Assembly (NCBI GenBank): GCA_963924565.1
Contig: OZ004613.1
Coordinates: 13,888,001-13,952,000 of the forward strand
Length of the DNA stretch: 64,000 nucleotides
Reading direction: 5' to 3'
Source: Ascidiella aspersa
Taxonomy: Eukaryota
Shown: piece after piece, positions 52,856 to 64,000 of the stretch
Numbering within the stretch: position 1 is the stretch's first letter
How the letters are laid out: the number at the start of each line of letters is the position of its first letter
Translations under genes and position numbers: made by a program
Notes under the pieces: generated by a model
What the model was told of the DNA's origin: nothing
The model's input: the letters and a program-made list of their open reading frames with translations, nothing else
The model's database searches: none

Positions 52856-53763
52856 CAGTGGTTCTCAAAGGGGGCCACTTGGCTCACTTTGGGGGGAATT
52901 TTAAATTTTGGGAAGGAAATTTGTTCCAGGGAGGTATTGGAGAGGAAATGTGGATGGAAATGGCTCACTTTTTTATTTGAGATTTAAAGCATATAACTAA
53001 CTACACAATGTTTAAATGGGAACGTTACTTACTATACTTAGAGTAGCCTATATACGTGAAGACAATTATGCTGCTTTAACTGCGTTAACTTACGTCATAT
53101 TAGACGCTTGGTTTACAATATATATTGTTTCATCACAGTAAGTAAGTTCACTAGCACCAGGTGTCTGTTTTATCCTGTCTGTTTGTTTGTTTTAGCATTG
53201 TTGTAAATACGTAAAAGGAAAGAGAGGGTTGAAAAACATAAGGTTATCCAGGTCCGGTATATCTTTTAAATTCTGCAAAATTCCGAAGCAAATGCTCAAA
53301 AGCGGCTTTTACCAATTTATTCATTTAAAAAATATCAAATGTGATTGGATCCACAATTTTGGGCTAAGTATGACAAATTAGCGGTTGCAGAGCAAACACT
53401 TCTTCCATTTCCGACTACATATTTAGTTGAATGTGGTTTTAGTGCCATTACAGATATTTTAACCAAAAACAGGAACACTTGACATTTACAAACGCGGTGA
53501 TCTTCGTGCAAAACTGACATGCTTTGTGAATACCTTCTGTATATTTGGTTCGGTAAAATTGTTCTTTGCATTTTTGTATTGTTTTTTTTTAATTATACTT
53601 TACTTTTGTAATGTTCACTGTTATCCCTGAGATAAGTCATAAAAACGCTCCTTGCACATCATATCCAGTTTTGGCAATATTCCTTTTTTAGATTTTTTGG
53701 GTAGGAATTAACATTGTTCAAGTCTGTAAGGGAGGAATACAAAAAAAACTTTGAGAACCACTG
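52856..53763 (+). mobile_element. Internally deleted hAT (Buster/Charlie-like) transposon with transposase C-terminal remnant
   Basis: Perfect TIRs CAGTGGTTCTCAAAG / CTTTGAGAACCACTG and perfect TSD GTCTAGAC. 53402-53520 translates LPFPTTYLVECGFSAITDILTKNRN..(frameshift)..RGDLRAKLT. Confidence 0.88.
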
Positions 53764-56700
53764 GTCTAGACCTTTACAAAAATATTCGTGTAGCTTATAG
53801 AAAACCCGACAATAGTCCCGTGGTTTGGTCTGATTAGTTTTAACTTAGGGATCCGTAAGCTTGTTATCTTTTAAAGGGGGCCCTTGACTGAAAAAGGTAT
53901 CGAACCACTGGTCTAGAACGAAAAGCATTTCCCGTTGAATCAAAAAGGTTGTGGTATTTTTATTTGCTTGAAAAACAACTTTCTTCATATGCGATATATC
54001 ACAGTCCTCTTTTCATTTATTTTTGTTGGTTAAGTATTTTAATTGTGATAGTTTTAAGCGTGAAGTATTGATTCAAAATTACTTTCTAATTGACTTTAAC
54101 CGTGATAAAATGTCCGCTTAAAGGTTACCTTATTGATTTAACTTTTACACATTGAATTGAATTTAAAAGTTCAACGACATAAATCGTCTGGGCGTTAAAC
54201 ATGATATTCGTGTAGCTTTATATCGAAACCCTGAACACGGATTCATGACTTGGTATGGTTAGTTTTAGGTTGGGGCTCCGTAAGCTTTACATATTTTTAA
54301 AAGGGGTCCGTGACTATAAAAGGTTGGGAACCTCGGGCTTTAACAAAAGTTCTTAAATATTCCTGGTAAAAGCCTTCTGCGTCGTAAGTCCCAAACGTTT
54401 ACCGTTTTGACAATCGCAATGACGTACTCGAATATCCTTAGGCCTATCCTTTGTTCCCATCACTTGTTTTGGACAGGTGACCGCACGTTTGTTAAGCGAT
54501 TGTCAGTTAACAATGTTAGCGCGCAAATGGGGATTTTGTTCGTTACGCAAACGCGTTAAGTGTGCTTTGGTCACATGTAAATTTGGAAAACGTATCTTTA
54601 CATCGCGGCATAGAGCTGCGGGTTTTGCGATTTTTAAGAGAATTTGAAGACCCATGTGTAAATCCTATGGTAATCGATTTTGTTGCTAACTTATGTAAGG
54701 GTAGCGAGAGCACCTTTAGCTTCCCAAGGTTTTATCGATAAGTTAGGCGTACAATTGACATCTGAATAAACTAAGAATGGCACTAACCGTCGCCTTTCGA
54801 ATAATATTAGGTATATAAAGGTAATCTGTTTTGACCGGGCGAGCCGCACTGTTTTATTTTGAACCGTGAGATAAGTTACAACAACTTCCTCTAAAAATGA
54901 TCGACAATCACAGCAATCTACCCACAGCCAAGCCTTTATACTCGGTATGATAGAAGTTTAAACCAGCGATTCAAAGGTTGTTTCCAGGTATTTAATTATT
55001 TCGTGGGAACCTTTAGGTTTCACAATAACCGGAATTACCCAGCGAGCAAATCAGTGCTACTCAAAACCGTGGTGTACGCGCAGACAAAGCGTTGTTGCAA
55101 TCAACAAGCTTATTGGAAGTTTTTTTTATTTAAAATCAAGTTTTCAAATTAAAATATCGCAATAGGAGTGATGGTTTGTAAATTTATTTAGTGTAAAGTC
55201 GTTTATAATTGTGGTTTAATGTCTAAAACAATGATGTATATATGTTACGAAAAACACATGTGGTATGTTTTAAAATATCATTTCATGTTTAAGCCATAAT
55301 TCGAATTACAGGTTAGTTTTAGTGAGTTTAGTTTTAAACCTTAGTAAAAGTGGTATAGTTGCTGTCAACTCACAACAAGGCAATAATTATGTTGGAACGT
55401 TAGGTTAATATCAATCGCAATTATTTACATTAACAAATTGAAATTAGCTCAGAGCGTTGCTTGGCAGGCACCAATGCGTGCCGATTTGAAAAGTAAAATT
55501 TTTACAAAATGTAACACGACACGCTTGTTGGAGTACGATTTTAGCTTTGAGTTTGACCAAACAATTTATCATCATAGGACGATATGACGACACGGTATGA
55601 AATTTGTGCTTACATTAAAGCTTATTCATCCAGTTAGCGGTTTGCCTCTGTATTTATAGTATGTGTTAGCCTGAGCAATTAAACAGTAAACCGTGCATTT
55701 GATTGGGAATAAGGCAAAGTTGTAGAACTGAATGTTAATAGTAGGCGTGTTTTGGCTGCATTGACAAGCAGAATCCGGTTGCACGACGGCTTTAACGAGG
55801 CGTGCCATAGCAATGCGGGCCGCTATTAGTTTGCCTATTCATTTTAAGCAGTCAATTGCTGGAAATGGCGCTGATAGATGTGCGCGAATTGGTGCTTTAG
55901 ACAAAATATTTTTAAGTGCTTTTATTGTAGCCGAAACTTTCGGTAGGGGCGAATTTGGTTTTTTTCTTGCGGAGAAGGTCGGAAAAAACTTCGCTTCATA
56001 CGTCTCACGTTACGGCATATTGTGTTGTCATAGTGCAGCAATCTAAAATAGAATGCTGTTCTAAAACGAAGATATAACGGTTATATTGCGAAGTTGCCCT
56101 GTTTTGCGCAAAGCAATCTAACTAGACAAGGTAGCATTAGTTGTATTTGGTATAGATATAGAGAGTTAAATATATATACAGAGTTAAGCTGTGGAAACAT
56201 AGACAATATATAAAAGATAAAAAGACTGCCTTGAATTGGGTAAAACATGGTACAAAGTCTGAAAAGATACATACGAAGCTAAAAAAAGACTTCGCTCCAA
56301 TGCCCCTTACTATTAAGCGGGTTTACGTTGTTATTGCTGGTGCTGGTGTCTAAATGGCAGTATGTTCGACGTCGTATTTTATTCCGAAAACTGGGTAAAG
56401 CGTACGGCCGTACCATGCGATACATTGGCGTCATTACTATGGTCCAACAAACCAAACTCACATAATCCAAACATACAATGTAATGATTTTTTCGTTGTTG
56501 TGCCAAAATTTTCTGTCAGGTAGGCTATCTTAGTTAGGTGGGTTAGGAAATCACTCTTTTTGTGATTTTGATATGCCTCATTTAATAGATAGACAACTAA
56601 TATACTATTACATCGATAACTGCCTTAAAATAAGTAAAACCGCCGAATTTCACTACCAACATATAGATTTAATATAACCTAAAATTTCGCATTTTTACCC

Positions 56701-57048
56701 AAATTTACAAGTTTTGACAAAATACCAAAGGGATTTCGTTACCCGCCCTATTAGTTACGCTTGCCTGTTTCTATTTTTTGTTTAAAAACATTGAAGCTGG
56801 AAAATATTGCTTTTGATCTTCATTCATCTCAAAGCTTAAAAGTTTAAATTACCTAGGTATTGGATCGGGACCATGTTTACTCTTTTACGAGTATACAAAA
56901 AACTAATCGACCGATAAATTTCGTTTTGAAGTTGTGTATAATAAAAGAAGTCTCGTTATTTAGTAACAGCAGTTTATACATTTTTTCCGAAGTGTGGTAT
57001 AGCGTTTTTTTCGTTTTTCTGTTATTTAACTTTGGTTTAAATGTAGCA

Positions 57049-60000
57049 ATGTATAAGGCCACATTATGGTTGATATTCAACTTCACATTTGTCATCGCTG
57101 CAAGCGAAAAAGGTAAGATGTGTTTTAGAAGAGTGTGATGTATGGTACTGAGTGACAGTTCGTAAAACTATAAACAACAGCGCTTCTCAGGAATCTTGTA
57201 ACTTGCGATTCTTGGGCGGTTGCACAAGGTTACTACAAATGCGAATGGATTTTTAAAGGTCTTAAATAACACCAGCACAAGAAATTGATTTTATTTACTT
57301 TGTTCGAAAAAACACACATTTCCCCTAAACGTCAGAAACGCCTGTTTTATTTAGAAAATAAAGCAATAACAAGTAAAAGTGTTTTTGAAAATGAGCGTTT
57401 TAAATAAATTGCTAAGGGCTTAAAAGAAACTTACTACAACCTCAAACGAAATATTGTCGTATTGCGTTACGGCATGATGTGTCTTATAAGCGATAATAAG
57501 CGAATATTGTCACCATTAAAAACATTGCGCTTCTTTATTTAGTGAATTTGCAACCATCTAAATTAGGGTATAAGCACCTAAATTATCAATCCGCTAAAAA
57601 ATATTTGCGAATATACTTAGCATGTAGTTTGGTCATTTTGTATTACCGGACCAAAGTGGCCCTGGTAATGTTTGGCGTTTTCGACAAAGCTTACAGGGTG
57701 CTGCCTAAGGATGCCACTTTTTAATAGTTACTCCTTTTTTATCTAGAACCAAACGCAAAGGGATCCGAAGATCACTTAAAAAAACGTTTTAATTTTGTAT
57801 TCAAGTTTGGTAAAGAGAAAGGGTATGCAAAAACTGCTTGTAAAACTTCATTGAAAACCTGTAGAAAATATACTCTTTCCAGTCTCAACCAAAGTCAAAA
57901 TTATATCTAGTCTTGCAAGCCTGTACGAACCGGTAAAATACAATGCAAAATTAAACCGTTAAACAATTCGGGTTCAGATGATGGGGAGCCACTGTTGGTA
58001 TACGGCAACTTCAGGCGGCATGCATTCCGCGATGAGCCGGACGACCACGCAGTTCCCTTGCAGGAAGGCTCATCAGCGTCGCTTGCGCGCGCCATCATGC
58101 GGATAGCGCGACGCAAGAAATGCCCGGGTGACCAGTTCGCTTACTGCAACGTTAAATGCGGCCAGGGCCATCTGTTAATGAAGGATAGTGGCTGCTGCCG
58201 GTGCACCTGCAGAAGAGGTTACGTCTTGGGTGCGAATGCGAAAAGCTGTCATCCAGGTAAGCATTGCATTTTGCTGCAGACGGGTTTTACTAGCTCGCAC
58301 AGCTAGCTTCTGTTGCACCATTTCGACGTATTAGTTAAATAGTTTTTCCTCCGAAAATTCCGACTGAATTAAAAAAGAATTGTTCAAGTCTTGCAACGCT
58401 AAAAATATATTTAAAGATTTACTTTATACAATCTTACATAACTTATAGTGTGCTTTGTTAGATTACCTAATATAGCGAAACATCACAAGAATGCCTTAGA
58501 TTTCTTTCTATGGTTTCTAACCTTCCATAGTTTCGCCCCTTTACCAAAGTTTTTTAGAATCTAAAGACAGTTAATTCCTTAACAAAATTTAATGCTTATA
58601 AATCAATGGTATATATAGCAGCGCATAAAACATTATTTTACAATCCTGAAAAGGTTATTAATATAGATAGTCCAAGATACTGCTCATTCGATATACGTTT
58701 TGCCACTAGTGGTCAATAATACAAACGGTTTTGTTGTGTAGTTTCCTGGACGACATGGGGCACTTGGTCCACTTGCATCACCTCGAATTGGGGAGGTTTG
58801 CAGACCAGGGAGAGGATCTGCAAGCACGAGGGAGTGACCAAGAACAGCCGATGCGTCGGTGCGGGGAGTGAATCGCGGACTTGTAGCAGCGTAACTCAAC
58901 GTGAGTTGAGACAAAATAATTTTAGGCTATAGAATGTGTTTCCTTAACTTAATCTGTTTTTCCAAATGTACAATTAAAGGCGCCGACAAAGCTCGATCAA
59001 GTTGTGTTCGCTTATAGCTTACAGAATACGCAAGAACGTGAGATACCTGACAGATGCCGACAAGCACGACTTAATTCAGGCGTACACCAAGTTCAAAAAC
59101 GACAAATCGTCTGACGGATTTATGGTAAATGGCTTATTGCATCACAAAGTTGTTTAATCTGTTTATTATAATGAATAGAAATATTTCGTCACTGCTTTAA
59201 CTCTTTTCAACTAGTGGTTCGATACAGAAAATACAAAATAATATTTCGGACCTCTTACCAGGATTTATGCAACAGCGGTACACTATAATGCAACAAAAAA
59301 CGAAATTGAAACCACAACACACCACTTGTGCACCATGTCGATTTTTTCGATTCATAATAAAAACTATACACAAACAATTTCTTCACGAAGTTTACTAGTA
59401 AAACCAAAACCCTAAAAAAACTTTCGGCAGCCTTGAGCATTAAACCACACCCCAGTGTGCCGCGGCAACCCCTTAGGAACCAATGGATTATATTCTTAAA
59501 TGCTCTTTTTAATGCTAGACGTAAACAAAGGCATTTGTTTCATAGATTTAATTATTTTTTGTGAGATTGATATAAAGAGTCATAGAAGTAATATTTGCAG
59601 AACTTAAACACAAAAGTATTTTGGCCATACCCGATAAATGTATTGTATGAACATAACTATAGGCTACCTAAGCGTACAAACCAGGGGTGTCCAACTTAAA
59701 TGCCGACGTGCGAGTCTTTATTTTATACAATGGAAATTGGCTATATAACAAGCTGAGTATTTTTTTAACAATTAGCTGAATAACAAATTTAGTATTTTTT
59801 TTTTTTTGGGGGGGGGGGCTTGTGTGCCATTTTCTATTAGGTCGCGCACGCGTGTTTGGACACCCGTGGTATAAATTACTGACGCACGAATAATATTTTG
59901 TGTGAATTTAGTACACAGCAGGGTGGCACGGCTGGCCGTATGAATGTCCTTGGTACAAGCGCCCAGGCGGACACCACAACGGGCATTGCAGCTGGCACGG

Positions 60001-63000
60001 ACATCCGTTGTTCCCAGCTTGGCATCGGCTATTTACTTTACAACTGGAGTTGGGTACGATACGCTATTTCTTGAACCTGAGTGGATTGCGCAAACGTTTT
60101 GCAACAAAACTGTTTATGCACAATAACTTCGGGAGTTAGTCCGTGGTTTACAGTAGGTTGTGTGCTTGAAGTGTTCACCAAACTACCTAAAATATCCAAA
60201 TTGCCTAATTGTTTTGATCGGTTTTCTAACAGGAAATTAAAAATAATTTTGAAAATAGGTATATTTCAAAAGACAACGTGAATCGACTAAAAGCTTGTGC
60301 AAAAATAGATATAAAGAAACCGAGTTAAAAGAAAATTATTTATCCCAACCAGTTAGCCCTGGGAAAAAAAGACAAAATGATTGTTAAGAAACTAATTTCT
60401 ATAAAGGGTTTGATTCACAGGGACCGTCTAGATTTAAAAAACATTAGAAGCCCAAAACACACCATTCGTATTATAGATCCTAATCGGAATTTTTCGGTTA
60501 ATATTGCGGCCTGTTCTATTAAAAAATAGCTCCTCTGGTATGAGCTATAATTGGTCTGGTCGTGGCGGCCTATTTAAATCTACGTATTTAGGTCAGTTTG
60601 TGACTAATTTGTTAACAGGGCTTACTGCTAAATATGTCTTAGCTGATTTCTATTGAGAAGTATATAAGGTAGTAGTAATACCTTTAGGCTCGTACAAATC
60701 AAAGTAAAATAAATATATGTTCGTTATTGTCATATTGTTGATATTGTATCGTAGCCATGATTGAAAAACACATAAAAAAATTAAGTTAATGCTAGAAACA
60801 AACGAAAAAAAAATGCTAGAAAACAAACGTTGTTCTTCAGGGGCACACAAACACCTGAAGAACAAAACACTCGGATTGCCCTACTGGGACTGGACTGAGA
60901 AAGGTTGGAAGCATCTTCCGGACTTGATTCGTCACCCTGAAATATTTGATCCCGTTATCAACAAATACGTGAAGAACCCATTCTATTCGACGCTAATACC
61001 GCAACACAAAAAAGTCTACAACGAAACAGTGTAAGTTCAATCAGAGTATATGTTGACTGACAACGCAACAATCGGTGAAAATACAACCGATGCTCGAGTG
61101 AACCAAAGCTTTTGGTCTCGAGTGAGCATTAAAATCGCGTTCTTGCAAATACGCCATCTCCTTTTTAACGGTAAGTCAGATCCTAGCCTTGAACGTGGGC
61201 TGAATAACTTTTTAAGGGGTGAAAATGCCTCTAAAAAGTTATTTTATTTTTATTGGGTTTTTTAAGACCGGTTGCTGCGTTGTCGGGCGATCTGTACTAA
61301 AATTTCATGTTTTCATCAATAATAAAGTAAGTATAAATAACATTAAAAGAGACCTTAATAGACAAGCTGAAAAAATTCACTAGATTGTAACAAGTTTCCT
61401 TGATTTTTTTCTTTGATCTTCAGTCCTAAATCAGTCATGCATACAAGGATTTTCAATTCTGTTTCCCAGTGAGCTAACATGCTGGGACCGAGAGAAAACT
61501 ATGTTTAATTTTATTAACCTCAGTTTCTATTTTTGTCATTAGGCGGACGATACGCGTGCCGAATTGGAATGCCTTATCTTGGAATAAGATTCTACTTCGT
61601 GGTGTGATTCGCGCACTAAACCTCCCAAACTACCAAACTATGGAAGATATGTTGGAAGGGCCTCATGACCAGGTATTCAATCATATTCAAGGTACACTTT
61701 GTTAAATTATTAGTGACTTACTCGTGCTTATTTATCCAACGACAGCTCGGAACATTAAGCTTAATATTGATTCAATTCAAGTGTAATACGGTCATCCTAA
61801 AATACCTTAAGCCGCTCAAAGTTGTGAAAAATTTATTTCTTGTTATAGCGATTCAGAGAGCAGTGAGTACTTTTAAACAGTGTTCAAAAAAGCAACTATG
61901 GAGTAAAATGCCGATGATGGAACAATGATATTTCGTATAGGCTTAGAGCGTATGGATAGTCTCCCTTTCCACCTTAATTTAATTATTCCAAACTTTTGTT
62001 GTATAAATCGTCTGGTAGACGAAATATAATTTTCGACCTAAACGTAACATAGATTTAAAAAAGTTTTAAATATCAAAGAACATTACTAATTGTATATTTC
62101 AAACGCCTGATTGTGTGCACAACTGATGATGATACAAGAAGGTATCATAACTTCTTTATCTAGATCAGGGGTTCCCAACCTGTGGTACGCGTACCACTAT
62201 AGTGGTACGCGAAGGTCTTTCAGGTGGTACGCCAGTAGCTTCCGTTTTTCACAAAAACCTGGATTCACAACTTTTATATTTTGTTTATCTGTTTTTTTTT
62301 TACGAAGCCTATTCTAGTTACGTAACTATCCCTGTTCTTTCGTATCATTACGATTTTCAAAATACAGGTCATGTCGATTGTCAATAGGGGGCGCCAAGCA
62401 ATTCTTAAGTGGGCGCAAGCTCTATCTTTAAATACATAAATTTTTATATTGATTTTATCAGTTTCATGTTGCGTTAGTTATTAAATCTGCGTATGCCACC
62501 TTATGCATAACATCAAAATTACACATGTTTAGAAAATAAACTGAAGAAAAATGATTCATAATTCGAACCTTGAGGCTACTTGTGTTTTAATATAATTTCT
62601 CGAATTTTGGGACAATATTTGCTACTTATTGCGACCTATTGGGGCTGTGTTTAGTCACAACAGTATGATATGTTGTAGAAGATTTAAGTTGTGCACCATG
62701 CCACCCTCTTCATAAACTGTGTTTTGTCAATTTTAACAACAAAACTACAAAAACATTTTGCGCTTCGCGCAAAACTAGGAAATACTTTTTTTACTCATAA
62801 CTAATTGGGGGGAAATCAGACTTTTTGCGACAATTGTAATGTTATTTGCAGTTAATAGCCTATTGTATGTCACCACACTTGTTAAAACACGATTACCGCA
62901 ATGTTTTAATTGTTTTACAACATGTCTGTCAAAATCAGCTCGATGTAAACCAGTATACCGAGCACGAGCAACTTTTGTGTGTCTCCCAAATTAAAGTTTA

Positions 63001-63813
63001 GCCAATACAAACCAAAAAACGCAATTTTTATCGCGCTTCGCGCCACGAGGAGTTAACTTTTCTATTTTTATGCTGTCTGAATGGTATTGTATTTGAAAAA
63101 TACCGAATCTCTTTAATACTGTTGTTTAATATCTAAGTGTGGCACAAGGCACAGGACAATTACCGAAGGGGCGCAGTAAAAAAAAGGTTAAGAACCAATC
63201 TTCTAAAAGAAGTGGTACGCGTGGCAGTACAGAGCGTCCAAGTGGTACGAGATCGTAAAAAGGTTAAGAACCAATCTTCTAAAAGAAGTGGTACGCGTGG
63301 CAGTACAGAGCGTCCAAGTGGTACGAGATCGTAAAAAGGTTGGGAACCCCTGATCTAGATTCTAGACTAAGCCGATTTACCCGACCTTTTTGGCTTCGAG
63401 ATTCATTATGAAACTATATTAAAGTTCACCTTTAAAACAACACAAGTATGAAAACCTCCGAGAACGACGCGTCACACCAAGGGTGGTCTTGTAGCCAAGA
63501 GTACTGGATTAGACGCAAGCTCAAAACAAATTGTTGAGCGAAATCCGGATGTACACGACCCGAAGACATGAAGCATATAAAAATGATTTTTGATCTCCCG
63601 TAGATCCACAACTGTTTGTGCGTCACTAAAGATCAAAAAGTCAAAGAGTTGTGTGAGTTCAGCATGTTGACGGTCAGCTTCTCGGCCTTCGACCCGATGT
63701 TCGCCTTGCACCACACCCAGATCGATCGCATTTTCTCGCTCTACAAGCGCTTGCACGAGGCGGTGGGCGACCCGGACTGGACCAAGACAAGTCTCCTTGG
63801 TTCCTACAGAGAC
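57049..63813 (+). CDS. Tuphoxin-like secreted type-3 copper protein, paralogue 3 (partial; last exon beyond window end)
   Basis: Exons 57049-57112, 57978-58256, 58742-58900, 59018-59124, 59912-60053, 60841-61030, 61543-61672, 63604-63813. Signal peptide MYKATLWLIFNFTFVIAAS; EGF-like CNVKC..GCCRCTCRRGYVLGANAKSC; TSP1; WHGWPYEC..CSWHGHP..WHR; PYWDWT; EGPHDQIHN..AFDPMFALHHTQIDR. Confidence 0.9.
59682..59868. mobile_element. Short hAT-type MITE in intron of paralogue 3
   Basis: TIRs CAGGGGTGTCCAA / TTGGACACCCGTG; TSD GTACAAAC / GTATAAAT. Confidence 0.65.
62166..63352. mobile_element. hAT MITE with nested truncated element and 76-bp tandem duplication
   Basis: Perfect TIRs CAGGGGTTCCCAACC / GGTTGGGAACCCCTG and perfect TSD ATCTAGAT. 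Subterminal GTGGTACG motifs; a second internal TIR-like end GGTTAAGAACCA at ~63186. Confidence 0.88.
63181..63341 (+). repeat. Exact 76-bp tandem duplication
   Basis: AAAAAGGTT recurs at 63181, 63257 and 63333, and the two intervening units are identical. Confidence 0.9.
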
Positions 63814-64000
63814 GTAAGTTCGCACAGTGAGGAGTGGGTACACGATTTTATATGCGCAATTTCAGGCTAGCCGATGTGAGGGAGTCACTGATATAGCCGA
63901 AATCTGCGTTTTACCTCCAATAATATTGCGTCTCTTTTTTTGCTGGGCACTTTAACTATAAATGTTTTAATGGTAATGTCATAGATTCGACGAACAATCG

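Noticed and set aside
63175-63345. CRISPR-like repeat-spacer pattern
   Set aside because: The units are fully identical (no unique spacers), the context is eukaryotic, and they lie inside a MITE.
31633-63813. A single multi-unit molluscan-type haemocyanin gene
   Set aside because: Each copper domain has its own signal peptide, EGF and TSP1 exons, paralogues 1 and 2 have their own stops, and one copy is on the opposite strand.

Overview
This is an AT-rich, intron-rich eukaryotic window, most likely from a tunicate/ascidian (inferred from the gene family found). All gene models were built by hand from GT-AG splice sites and reading-frame phase. Contents: (1) A complete + strand polypeptide GalNAc-transferase (GALNT) gene at 12767-21161, with 11 coding exons and about 643 aa. 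(2) Directly after it, a second, intact but divergent GALNT 3' half at 24330-30690 (8 exons). It has no N-terminal exons of its own and is phase-compatible with exon 5 of the first gene, so it is probably an alternative 3' cassette swapping half the catalytic domain and the whole ricin lectin. (3) Three paralogous secreted type-3 copper proteins with signal peptide, Cys-rich EGF-like module, TSP1 and a mollusc-haemocyanin-like tyrosinase domain (Tuphoxin-type architecture). Two lie on the - strand (31633-39087, 41527-46402); the third is on the + strand (57049 to beyond the window end). They show signs of exon-limited gene conversion. (4) Many non-autonomous hAT-type MITEs with 8-bp target-site duplications, several nested, one carrying a transposase remnant. 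No RNA genes or CRISPR arrays were recognised.
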